Positions 51,742 through 60,366 of a DNA stretch of 64,000 bases are shown here, in pieces (position 1 is the stretch's first letter; each line of letters begins with the position of its first letter). Origin of the DNA: an uncultured Rhizobiaceae bacterium (lineage in GTDB: Bacteria > Pseudomonadota > Alphaproteobacteria > Rhizobiales > Aestuariivirgaceae); the NCBI GenBank assembly GCA_964543235.1, contig CAZIXE010000010.1, positions 11,276-75,275 of the forward strand, read 5' to 3'. A program made the translations under genes and the position numbers. The notes under the pieces were generated by a model that did no database searches, had not been told where the DNA came from, and saw only the letters and a list, made by a program, of their open reading frames with translations.

Positions 51742-51845
51742 ACAGGCACCTCGATCAACAGTAGAAAAGCGTTAGGCGATATTATCCGCTTCGTCCAACC
51801 CGGCGCTGCCCTACAGCGCCGCACCGGCATCAGAAATCCGTGAAG

Positions 51846-52838
51846 TCACAGGGCCTTGACGCCGCCATAGGCAAAGTGGGCCGGCATCGGCATGAGGCGG
51901 TTGCGCAGCGCCGGACCGAAGGTCGGGCTTTCGATCTCGAAAATATCACCGGCGAGGGTGACGACGTTGTCGGCGACACTCAGCGTCGCCGTGCCGAAAA
52001 AGTGGATGTGGATGTCGCCCGGCTTGCGGAACACGTCATACTTGAAGTGATGGTATTCGAGATTGTCGAGCGTGTGCGACATGTTGGCCTCGGCCGAGAC
52101 AAACGGCTTCTCCCAGAGTGTCTTGCCGTCGCGGATGATGCGGCTCATGCCTTCGACATGGGCCGGCAGCGGTCCCAGCCGCAGCGCCGGACCGATGGCG
52201 CAGGCCCTGAGCTTGGAATGCGCCAGATAGAGGTAGTTCTGCCGTTCCATGACGTGATCGGAGAATTCGTTGCCGAGCGCATAGCCGAGCCGGTAGGGCA
52301 CGCCATTGGGGCCGATCCAGTAGATTCCGGCGATCTCCGGCTCTTCGCCCCCGTCCAGGGCAAAGGCCGGCGACGGCAGATCGCCGTAGGGCGCCACCAC
52401 CATGGACCCATCACCCTTGTAGAACCATTCGGGCTGCACGCCAGGGCCGCCATCCGTTGGCTTGCCGCCCTTGAGGCCCATGTTGAACATCTTGATGGAG
52501 TCGGTCTCGTTGCCCGTGGCGGCGGCGGCCTTTTTGTGCATCTCATCGCGCGCCGCCGCCGAGCCGAGATGGGTAAGTCCGGTGCCGGTGACGATGCAGT
52601 GGGCCGGATCGGCATGATCGACGGGTGGCAGGAGCCGGCCCTCGCGGGCCAGCGAATCGTAGCTGATCGACGACCCCGAAGCCGAATTCGCGAGATCGGA
52701 CAAGGTCTTGCCATGCCTTGCCGCCGCAGCAGCGAGGTCGGTGACGCGCTCATAGCCGGCAAGGGTGGTGACCCGGTCACCGCGCAACACGCCCACGGCG
52801 CGCTTGCCATCCGGGTCGGCGAACTGCACGATATGCAT
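51846..52838 (-). CDS. fumarylacetoacetate-hydrolase-family protein (GguC-like)
   Basis: 330 aa from ATG 52838 (GGGAGA SD). It has the FAH-like C-terminal fold. The assignment to the GguC subgroup is from memory. Confidence 0.65.
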   Translation of the reverse strand: MHIVQFADPDGKRAVGVLRGDRVTTLAGYERVTDLAAAAARHGKTLSDLANSASGSSISYDSLAREGRLLPPVDHADPAHCIVTGTGLTHLGSAAARDEMHKKAAAATGNETDSIKMFNMGLKGGKPTDGGPGVQPEWFYKGDGSMVVAPYGDLPSPAFALDGGEEPEIAGIYWIGPNGVPYRLGYALGNEFSDHVMERQNYLYLAHSKLRACAIGPALRLGPLPAHVEGMSRIIRDGKTLWEKPFVSAEANMSHTLDNLEYHHFKYDVFRKPGDIHIHFFGTATLSVADNVVTLAGDIFEIESPTFGPALRNRLMPMPAHFAYGGVKAL

Positions 52839-52908
52839 GTGAATCTCCCTTGGCATGCGGTCCGGCCGGGGGAGGGGAACCGCTCATTTTTCAACCATCG
52901 GATAACAC

Positions 52909-54015
52909 ATGCACACACACACGCCATCTGGAAAGATGCGGGCGCGCGGCCTCGGCCTGAGACTTGCGGGAACCCCCGGGCCCTTCAACGCCATCACCGA
53001 TGTGGCGGGCGTCGAAGTCGGCGTGACGACCCTGATCGCCGGTGATGGGCCGCTGCGGCCGGGCGCCGGCCCGGTTCGCACCGGCGTCACCGCCATTCTG
53101 CCGCGCGGCCGCGCCAACGCCCACCTTCCCTGTACTGCGGGCTTCTCCAGCCTTAACGGCAATGGCGAGATGACGGGCGTGGTATGGATCGAGGAATCGG
53201 GCGAATTGCAGACCCCGGTGACGCTCACCAACACCCATTCCTGCGGCATCGCCCGGGATGCGACGATCCAATGGCTGGTGCACCGCGGCATCGGTACCGG
53301 CCAGGATTGGGGTCTCCCCGTTGCAGCTGAGACCTATGATGGGGAACTCAACGATATCAACGGTTTCCATGTGAAAGCTGAGCATGTGCTGGAAGCCTTG
53401 GACGGAGCCCGTTCCGGTCCACTGGAACTCGGCAGCGTCGGCGGCGGCACCGGCATGATCTGCTACGACTTCAAGGGCGGCAACGGCTCGGCGTCGCGCC
53501 GCGTGGCGATCGCGTACGAAACCTATACGGTGGGCGTGTTTGTGCAGGCGAATTTCGGCCTGCGCCCCGAACTCACCGTGTTGGGCGTGGCCGCCGGCCG
53601 CGACCTCACCGGCGGCGAATTGCGCGGCAGGCCGCAAGGTTCGATCATTGCGATCGTCGCCACCGATGCGCCGCTGATGCCGCACCAGTTGAAGCGGCTC
53701 GCCCGCCGCGTGCCGCTCGGCATGGCCCGCACCGGGGCCATTGCGCATAACGGTTCGGGTGATATTTTTCTCGCTTTTTCAACGGCAAACGAAGAGGCCT
53801 TTGCCTCGGAACCAGATCCCCTGAGGCGCTTCACCTTCCTGCCCAATGCCGCCATGGATCCGCTCTTTGCGGCCACCGTCGAGGCCACCGAGGAGGCGAT
53901 CCTCGATGCCATGATCGTCAATGAAACCATGGTGGGCCGCGATGGCAACACCGCCGTGGCGCTGCCCCACGACCGGCTGCTGGCGCTGCTGCGCCGCCAT
54001 GGCGCCGCCGACTGA
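52909..54015 (+). CDS. P1/S58-family aminopeptidase (DmpA/BapA-like Ntn hydrolase)
   Basis: 368 aa with typical blocks (NAITDVAGVEVG, VRTGVTAILP, NGNGEMTG, GGGTGM). An alternative start is ATG 52936. Confidence 0.8.
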   Translation: MHTHTPSGKMRARGLGLRLAGTPGPFNAITDVAGVEVGVTTLIAGDGPLRPGAGPVRTGVTAILPRGRANAHLPCTAGFSSLNGNGEMTGVVWIEESGELQTPVTLTNTHSCGIARDATIQWLVHRGIGTGQDWGLPVAAETYDGELNDINGFHVKAEHVLEALDGARSGPLELGSVGGGTGMICYDFKGGNGSASRRVAIAYETYTVGVFVQANFGLRPELTVLGVAAGRDLTGGELRGRPQGSIIAIVATDAPLMPHQLKRLARRVPLGMARTGAIAHNGSGDIFLAFSTANEEAFASEPDPLRRFTFLPNAAMDPLFAATVEATEEAILDAMIVNETMVGRDGNTAVALPHDRLLALLRRHGAAD

Positions 54016-54102
54016 CCAGGCTTTGTGAGTTCGTCACCGACGGAACAATCCCGCCGTGCAAATGTATATGTATTGAACGTTGTTACGGAAAGGGACTTGG
54101 CC

Positions 54103-54306
54103 ATGGTGAAGAATATGGGCACAGTTGACCGCGTGCTGCGGGTGGTGGTTGGTCTGGCGCTGCTCTGGTACGCGGCATTGGCCACGCCGACCGGCTTCAA
54201 CTGGATCGGCTGGATCGGCGTCGTTCCGCTGCTGACCGCGGCTCTCGGGACATGCCCCATCTACAGCCTTCTGGGCATCAGCACCTGCCCGGCCAAGCGC
54301 GCCTGA
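54103..54306 (+). CDS. DUF2892 (YgaP-like) small membrane protein
   Basis: 67 aa from ATG 54103 with the MGTVDRVLRVVVG start and the C-terminal CPIYSLLGISTC motif. Confidence 0.7.
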   Translation: MVKNMGTVDRVLRVVVGLALLWYAALATPTGFNWIGWIGVVPLLTAALGTCPIYSLLGISTCPAKRA

Positions 54307-54358
54307 CAGCTGCAATTTAGGGCCTGCCAATCGAGGCCCGGGTAAGCTAGGACGGCGC

Positions 54359-55333
54359 ATGCATATGGGCCGTCCACCGATCATCTGGGCACTACTCGGC
54401 AGCCGCGCCGGCGACAATGCCCAAGTTCTTGAACTGGCAAGGCTTCTGGGCTGGCCGGTGGTCGAAAAGCGGCTTCGCTATGGGCTCTTGCGGGCGGTCC
54501 CAAACCTGCTGCTCGGCGCCTCGCTGGCCAGCCTCGACCGCGAGGCATCGGATCGCCTCGACCCACCCTGGCCGGATCTGGTGATCGCTGTCGGCCGCCG
54601 CTCGGTGCCGGTCGCCCGCTGGATCAGGGCGCAGGCGGCAGGCCGCACGAAGCTCGTTCATCTCGGCCGGCCGCGCGCGCCGCTGGCCTGGTTCGACCTC
54701 GTCGTCACCACCCCGCAATATGCGCTCCCCGACGGCGAAAACACCGTCGAAATCCCGCTGCCGATCGTCAAAATACCGGCAGCGACAACGCCCGACGCCG
54801 CCATGTGGCGCACGCGGTTCGACGCCCTGCCACGACCCTGGATTGGCGTTCTCGTCGGCGGCACACGCTTTCCGTTTGTCTTTGGCAGCTCAGAAGCCGC
54901 AAGGCTTGCCAGTGATATCGAAAATGATATCGGCTCCGTTCTGGTCTCGACCTCGCCGCGCACCGGACCCGCAGCCACCGCCGTACTGAAGGAGCGCCTG
55001 GCCGGGCGGGGCCATGTTCATGACTGGCAGGCCGACGGTCCCAACCCGCACCAGGCGATCCTGGCGCTCGCCGACCGCTTCCTGGTGACCGGCGACAGCG
55101 CCTCGATGATCGCCGAGGCGGCGGCGACGAGAAAACCGGTCCGCATCCTGCCCCTGAGGCGGCAGCCCCTGGCCTGGCACTGGCAGGCGAAGCACGGGCT
55201 GGCTGCAAGCCTCGCCCGCGCCGGCCTTCTGTCGCCGCCCCGCGATCCCGGCCTGATCCGCGTGCCGGAGAAGCCCTATGATCTCGAACCCCTGCTCGAG
55301 CGGATCAGGGCGATGGTGCCGGACGGAAACTGA
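54359..55333 (+). CDS. ELM1/DUF1022-family protein (putative glycosyltransferase-like)
   Basis: 324 aa. The N-terminus is IWALLGSRAGDNAQVLELA, followed by PDLVIAVGRRS and a C-terminal TGDSASMIAEA. The family assignment is from memory. Confidence 0.65.
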   Translation: MHMGRPPIIWALLGSRAGDNAQVLELARLLGWPVVEKRLRYGLLRAVPNLLLGASLASLDREASDRLDPPWPDLVIAVGRRSVPVARWIRAQAAGRTKLVHLGRPRAPLAWFDLVVTTPQYALPDGENTVEIPLPIVKIPAATTPDAAMWRTRFDALPRPWIGVLVGGTRFPFVFGSSEAARLASDIENDIGSVLVSTSPRTGPAATAVLKERLAGRGHVHDWQADGPNPHQAILALADRFLVTGDSASMIAEAAATRKPVRILPLRRQPLAWHWQAKHGLAASLARAGLLSPPRDPGLIRVPEKPYDLEPLLERIRAMVPDGN

Positions 55334-55528
55334 GAATTGGTCAGTAGGCTGATCAAGAACTATGGTGCCACCATGATTGCTGCCAATTGAGTTCGTTGAA
55401 TTGGGCTGCGACACTGCAACTCACGCTGCACAGAGCATCGCGTCGATGCCATGGGTTCCGGATCGCGCCGTGCGTGCCGCACGGCTTGTCCGGAATGACG
55501 AATGTGGAAGGCGTTGCGGCGCTGCCCC

Positions 55529-57586
55529 TCAAAACACCATGCACAATCGCAGCGCGTCGTAGATCGCCGCGTGGATGTTGCGCGATGAAACGGCATCGCC
55601 GATGCGGAACAGCTGGAACTTGCCTTCCCTGTTGCGGCTGATGGTCTGCGGCCTACCCGCGATCAGTGCGTCGTAATCGACCTCGCCATGGTTCGACGAC
55701 AGGGGCTTGAGCGCGAAGTAGAGATCGGCATTGGCCGCGGTGGCATTGTCGATCACCACCATGTCCACGAGACGTTCGCCGCAATCGGCCATGGTGTAGG
55801 GGCTCCACAACTGTGCCCGGATCTTGTTGCCTTGCCGCGCCAGCGACTTCACGCGCGTCATCGTGGTGATCTGAACGCCCTTCGGCACGAAGTTCCGCAT
55901 GTAGGGCACCACATTGAGCCCGCCCATCTCGGGCGCGAAGAAGCGCTCCGGCGTGATGAGCTCGAGCCGGCTGCCGTGGTCGGCGATGAACTCCGCCGCC
56001 GCCATGCCGGGATGGGCGCCATTGTCGTCGAAGACGATGACATCCTCGGCGGGCTTGACCAGTCCTGAGAGAATGTCCCAGCTCGAGACTGCGAGTTCGT
56101 TCGGGTCCGCCATGCTGGAATTCTGCGGCAGGCCGCCGGTCGCCACGATGACGATGTCGGGCTGCCGGGCCAGCACGTCCTCCGCCTCGGCGAGGCTGTT
56201 GTAGGTGAAGGCAACCCCCAGCTTCTCGCATTGGGCGAGCCGCCAGTCGATGATGCCGACCAGTTCCTGGCGGCGTTTCACCTTGGTGGCGAGCACCACC
56301 TGGCCGCCGGCCTGGGGCGCCGCCTCGATCACCTCGACCCGGTGCCCGCGTTCAGCACTGACCCTGGCCGCCTCGAGCCCGGCGGGCCCTGCGCCCACCA
56401 CCACGATGCTGCGGGCCGGACCTTCGCTCTTCGTGATGACATGCGGGATCGTGGCCTCGCGCCCCGTGGCCGGGTTGTGGATGCACAGCGCGCCGTAGCC
56501 TTCATAGATGCGGTCGAGGCAATAGGTGGCGCCCACACAGGGGCGGATCTCGTTCTCGCGGCCCTCAATGATCTTCTTCACGATATGCGGATCGGCGATA
56601 TGGGCGCGCGTCATGCCCACCATGTCGAGCTTGCCGGTTGCCACCGCATGCCGGGCCGTCGCGACATCGTTGATGCGGGCCGCGTGGAACACCGGGAATC
56701 TGGTAGCGGCGCGCACCTCGCCGGCGAAGTCGAGATGCGGCGAGGCCTTCATGCCGAGCACCGGAATGACGTCGGCGAGCGGCGAATCGTGCTCGATATG
56801 GCCCTTGATCACGTTGAGAAAGTCGATCAGCCCCGAATCCTTGAGCTTGTGGCAGATGGCGAGCCCCTCTGCCTTCGAGAGGCCGATGTCCCAGTCCTCA
56901 TCCGCCACCAGCCTCAATCCCACGATGAAGTCCGGCCCCACTGCCTTGCGGATATCCTTGAGTACCCGGAAGGTAAAGCGGAGCCGGTTGTCGAGCGAGC
57001 CGTTGTAATCGTCGCTTCGCTTGTTCGTGGCAGGCGACCAGAACCCGTCGAGCAGATGCCCGTAGCATTCGAGCTCGATGCCATCGAGTCCCGCCGCCTG
57101 CATGCGCTGGGCGGCGCTGGCATAGTCGCGGGCGATGCGGTCGAAGTCCCAGTCCTCCATCTCCTTGGGAAACGACCGATGGGCAGGCTCGCGGATCGGC
57201 GAGGGCGCCAGGACGGGCAGCCAGTCGGCCTTGTTCCAGCTGGTGCGCCGGCCGAGATGAGTGAGCTGGATCATGACCGCCGTACCGTACTCATGGCACT
57301 CGTCGGTGAGCTGCTTCAGCCACGGCACGATCTCGTCCTTGTAGGCGAAGAGATTGCCGAAGGCGGGCGGCGAGTCGGGCGACACGATGGCCGAGCCCGC
57401 CGTCATGGTGAGCGCGATGCCGCCCTTGGCCTTCTCGACGTGATAGAGCCGGTACTGCTCCTTCGGCATCCCGTCCTCGTGATAATTCGGCTCATGCGCC
57501 GTCGACATGATCCGGTTCTTCAGCGTCAGGTGCTTGAGCTGATAGGGCTGCAGCAGGGGATCGTTGGAGCGGTGGACAACCGTCAT
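55529..57586 (-). CDS. two-domain FMN (OYE-like) + FAD/NAD(P) flavoprotein, N-methylproline demethylase (StcD) / trimethylamine-dehydrogenase family
   Basis: 685 aa from ATG 57586. An OYE barrel (LKNRIMSTAHE, GFDGIELECYGHLLDGF) is followed by a Cys cluster region (CVGATYC...C) and a GAGPAG dinucleotide fold. Confidence 0.85.
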   Translation of the reverse strand: MTVVHRSNDPLLQPYQLKHLTLKNRIMSTAHEPNYHEDGMPKEQYRLYHVEKAKGGIALTMTAGSAIVSPDSPPAFGNLFAYKDEIVPWLKQLTDECHEYGTAVMIQLTHLGRRTSWNKADWLPVLAPSPIREPAHRSFPKEMEDWDFDRIARDYASAAQRMQAAGLDGIELECYGHLLDGFWSPATNKRSDDYNGSLDNRLRFTFRVLKDIRKAVGPDFIVGLRLVADEDWDIGLSKAEGLAICHKLKDSGLIDFLNVIKGHIEHDSPLADVIPVLGMKASPHLDFAGEVRAATRFPVFHAARINDVATARHAVATGKLDMVGMTRAHIADPHIVKKIIEGRENEIRPCVGATYCLDRIYEGYGALCIHNPATGREATIPHVITKSEGPARSIVVVGAGPAGLEAARVSAERGHRVEVIEAAPQAGGQVVLATKVKRRQELVGIIDWRLAQCEKLGVAFTYNSLAEAEDVLARQPDIVIVATGGLPQNSSMADPNELAVSSWDILSGLVKPAEDVIVFDDNGAHPGMAAAEFIADHGSRLELITPERFFAPEMGGLNVVPYMRNFVPKGVQITTMTRVKSLARQGNKIRAQLWSPYTMADCGERLVDMVVIDNATAANADLYFALKPLSSNHGEVDYDALIAGRPQTISRNREGKFQLFRIGDAVSSRNIHAAIYDALRLCMVF

Positions 57587-57590
57587 GCGC

Positions 57591-58808
57591 TTACTCCGCA
57601 GGAACGGGCTTGAGGGTCTTGACGAGGAGCGTTTCCTGGCCCGCCGCGGGATCGCGCGGCACCAGGAGCGAGAACACGAGGCCGACGAAGGCGATTCCGG
57701 CGCCGATCGCGAACACCGCCGTGTAGCTTGCATCCCAGATGATGCCGAGCGGGATCGGCAGGCCGACCGCCGCCACATGGTTGATCGAGAAGGCCACCCC
57801 GGCGGTGGGCGCCATGTCGGCGGCATCGCCGATCTTCTGAAAGTACGTCTTGTGGGCGATCGACATGGAGAAGAAGGCGTTGTCGAGCATGTAGAGGACG
57901 GCGGCGATCAGCGGGTCGTGCACCACCGCATAGAGCAGGAAGACGCCGACCAGCCCGGCATGTTCGATCATGATCGAGCGGCGTTCGCCCCAGCGGGCGA
58001 TGAAGGCGCCAAGCTTCGGCGCCAGTGCCATGTTGAACAGCGAGTTGACGAGCAGCAGCATGGTCATGTCGGCGACCGTATAGCCGAATTTCTGCACCAT
58101 GAGCAGGGTGGCGAAGACGATGAAGATCTGCCGCCTCGCACCTCCGATGAAGGTGATGACGTAATAGAGCCAGTAGCGCTGCCTCAGCACCAGCCGGCGG
58201 TTCTGTTTCACTTCCTCGCGGAAATGCGGAAACATGAAGGCAATGGCGAGCGCGATCACCACCGCGACCCCGCCGCCCGCCATGAACACCCACACGAAGT
58301 CGAGATGCAGCCACTTCCAGGTGAGGAAGATGAGGCCATAGGCCGCCAGCGTGGCAAAGGCCGCCGCCGAATAGAGCATGCCGATCTTCTTCGGCGCCTC
58401 CTTTTTGTCGAACCACTGCAGCGACAGGGACTGGTTGACGGTCTCGTAATAGTGGAAGCCGAGCGACTTGATGACCGTGGTGATGTAGAAGCCGAGTGCT
58501 GCCGGGAACAGGCCGGTGACGGCGACGCCGACGCCGATGAACAGGAGCGACAGGATGGCGAGCGTCTGCTCGCGCATGAAGATCAGGAGCAGCACCGCCG
58601 CGAAGGCGAGGAAGCCCGGGATCTCGCGCACCGTGTGCAGAATGCCCTGTTCGGTACCGCCGAAGCCCACCACCTCGATGGCGAAATTGGTATGCAGCGC
58701 GTTCCACGAGGAAAAGGCGAAAGCATTGGCAATGCTCATCAGTGCCAGCGCCGCAAACGGCGTACGCCAGCCTTTCACCTCCCCGATCGCGATTTCCCGC
58801 CCGAACAT
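57591..58808 (-). CDS. MFS transporter
   Basis: 405 aa with about 12 TM helices. The stop lies 4 nt before the flavoprotein start. Confidence 0.8.
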   Translation of the reverse strand: MFGREIAIGEVKGWRTPFAALALMSIANAFAFSSWNALHTNFAIEVVGFGGTEQGILHTVREIPGFLAFAAVLLLIFMREQTLAILSLLFIGVGVAVTGLFPAALGFYITTVIKSLGFHYYETVNQSLSLQWFDKKEAPKKIGMLYSAAAFATLAAYGLIFLTWKWLHLDFVWVFMAGGGVAVVIALAIAFMFPHFREEVKQNRRLVLRQRYWLYYVITFIGGARRQIFIVFATLLMVQKFGYTVADMTMLLLVNSLFNMALAPKLGAFIARWGERRSIMIEHAGLVGVFLLYAVVHDPLIAAVLYMLDNAFFSMSIAHKTYFQKIGDAADMAPTAGVAFSINHVAAVGLPIPLGIIWDASYTAVFAIGAGIAFVGLVFSLLVPRDPAAGQETLLVKTLKPVPAE

Positions 58809-58862
58809 CGGCGAACTCTATAGCATGGCGGAACACCGCGGAAAGGCATGCCGCCCGTGCAG

Positions 58863-60146
58863 TCAGTGCATGATGAGCGCCGAAAGCAGGCCGATCCGGC
58901 AGATGAGGCCGCGGAACTGGGCGGAGGACTTGTAATAGGCCTGGCGCAGGAGCGGCCGCAGCGTTTCGAGATAGAGCCGCCCGTAGAGCCAGCCCCTGAA
59001 GGTGAGTGCCCGGTAGTAGTCCTCGACGGGCACCACGCCCGAGGCCCAGGACTCCTTGTGCGGGTCGATCGGCACCATGAGATCGAAGACTGCCATGCCG
59101 TCCGCCAGCGCCCGCCGCTGCGACAGATCCATGTGCAGCCGCGCCGGCGATTTGTCGGTGAGCGCCACGTCATGGGCGGTGATGAAACCCAGATGGCGGT
59201 CCTTGAAACGCAAACCCACCTCCCAGGCGACCGGCCGGCCGCCGGCCGCCAGGACCGACGTGACGAGAGTGAGGCCACCGCCGGCCTCAGCGAGCTCCTG
59301 CAGGAACGCCCCGATCCGGGGACAGGACATGGCCCGGCTCACCAGCCGGCGCTCCTTCAGCCATAGCTGCTTCTGGGCGACGGCCTGCGCAATCGCCGCC
59401 ACCCCGGCCGCGCCGGTGACCAGCGTGAAGGACAAGGGGCCCAGCGCTTCCAGTTCCCTGCGGATCCGCTTGCGGCGCTTGCGCTGCTCCTTGCTGTAGC
59501 GTTGTTCGTAGGCCGTATCGCCGGCGAACTGCCGGAGGTCCATGTAGGGGGCGCCGTCGGCAACCCTGGCCGGGCGGAACCGCCCGCCCAGTGCCGGAAG
59601 CACTGCCGCATCCTGACGCACATGCCTGAGCCGGATGACGTCGGTGCCGCTTTCGGTCCGCAGCAGCCGGAGCGCCGCCTGCATCCACGGGGCGGCATCC
59701 TCGCCCGCTGCGAGGATGATGTCACCATATTGTCCGAGCGGATCGGACAGCCATTGCAGCAGGGTGACCGGCCCGCGCCGGCAGCGCATCAGGGGCAGGA
59801 GGAAGACGAGGCGCCCGGCGACCCGGCCGGCGACCACGCAAAGCGACACACCGGTTCCGGCCGTCGCATAGGTCCGCGCCCAGGCCGTGACCCAGTCGAA
59901 GCTCTGGAAGACATTGTGCGACTGGGCGGCTTCCGCTTCGATGGCCCGCCAGTCGGACTCGATTGCAGCCAGTTCAGCGGGCGTGGTCAGCAGAGCGACT
60001 TGGGCCCCCAGCGGCAGGGGCCGGGCAGCGGCGCGCGGTGCCGGCAACGCCACATTGCCGCCGAGCCTGGCGAGGCCCGGCAGCTGTCCTTCAGCCGCCC
60101 TGTACTGGCGCACGCTCTGGCCTCCGACCCGTTTGCATCGGGCCAA
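58863..60146 (-). CDS. CelD/BcsL-like GNAT-fold acyltransferase (FemAB-like)
   Basis: About 400 aa. It resembles the cellulose-biosynthesis CelD / Acetyltransf_6 family (FQSFDWV..., WEVGLRF..., DLM). The start is uncertain: TTG at 60146 or GTG at 60053. Confidence 0.6.
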   Translation of the reverse strand: MARCKRVGGQSVRQYRAAEGQLPGLARLGGNVALPAPRAAARPLPLGAQVALLTTPAELAAIESDWRAIEAEAAQSHNVFQSFDWVTAWARTYATAGTGVSLCVVAGRVAGRLVFLLPLMRCRRGPVTLLQWLSDPLGQYGDIILAAGEDAAPWMQAALRLLRTESGTDVIRLRHVRQDAAVLPALGGRFRPARVADGAPYMDLRQFAGDTAYEQRYSKEQRKRRKRIRRELEALGPLSFTLVTGAAGVAAIAQAVAQKQLWLKERRLVSRAMSCPRIGAFLQELAEAGGGLTLVTSVLAAGGRPVAWEVGLRFKDRHLGFITAHDVALTDKSPARLHMDLSQRRALADGMAVFDLMVPIDPHKESWASGVVPVEDYYRALTFRGWLYGRLYLETLRPLLRQAYYKSSAQFRGLICRIGLLSALIMH

Positions 60147-60161
60147 ACTGCCAGAAATTAT

Positions 60162-60366
60162 CTGACAAGTGGTTGCGCCGCTGGCGCTATGCTCAACGGG
60201 ACATTGCCAGAATGCCTGACATTGTAATGAGTGGGGCCGGCACCAAGGGGCATCGGCGCCGGCCCTTGCGTTCCCGGCTGTTCGAACGGCGGATTCGGGA
60301 GCCGGGACTCCCAGGGGCGATTCCTAGGCGCCGGTCGATGACAATTGCCTGACAGCGCTGGCGCTA
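60162..60366. repeat. direct repeats CTGACA..GCTGGCGCTAT flanking a hairpin-containing spacer
   Basis: GCTGGCGCTAT occurs at 60180-90 and 60356-66. TGCCTGACA occurs at 60213-21 and 60346-54. A hairpin GGGCCGGC/GCCGGCCC lies at 60234-60265. Confidence 0.35.

Noticed and set aside
54040-54102. EcfG/general-stress-type promoter (GGAAC-N16/17-CGTT) upstream of the DUF2892 gene
   Set aside because: GGAAC (54042-46) and CGTT (54078-81) are about 31 nt apart, far from the required spacing.
55353-55641. Small ORFs (61-84 aa, both strands) in the convergent spacer after the ELM1-like gene
   Set aside because: They have no SD sequences and odd composition, and they overlap each other in several frames. 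They are retained only as a possible non-coding locus in the findings.
57587-57826. Upstream extension of the StcD-like ORF (the track ORF is 765 aa)
   Set aside because: The extension overlaps the 3' end of the MFS gene with Ser/Arg/Pro-rich sequence. The OYE-like domain starts at ATG 57586.
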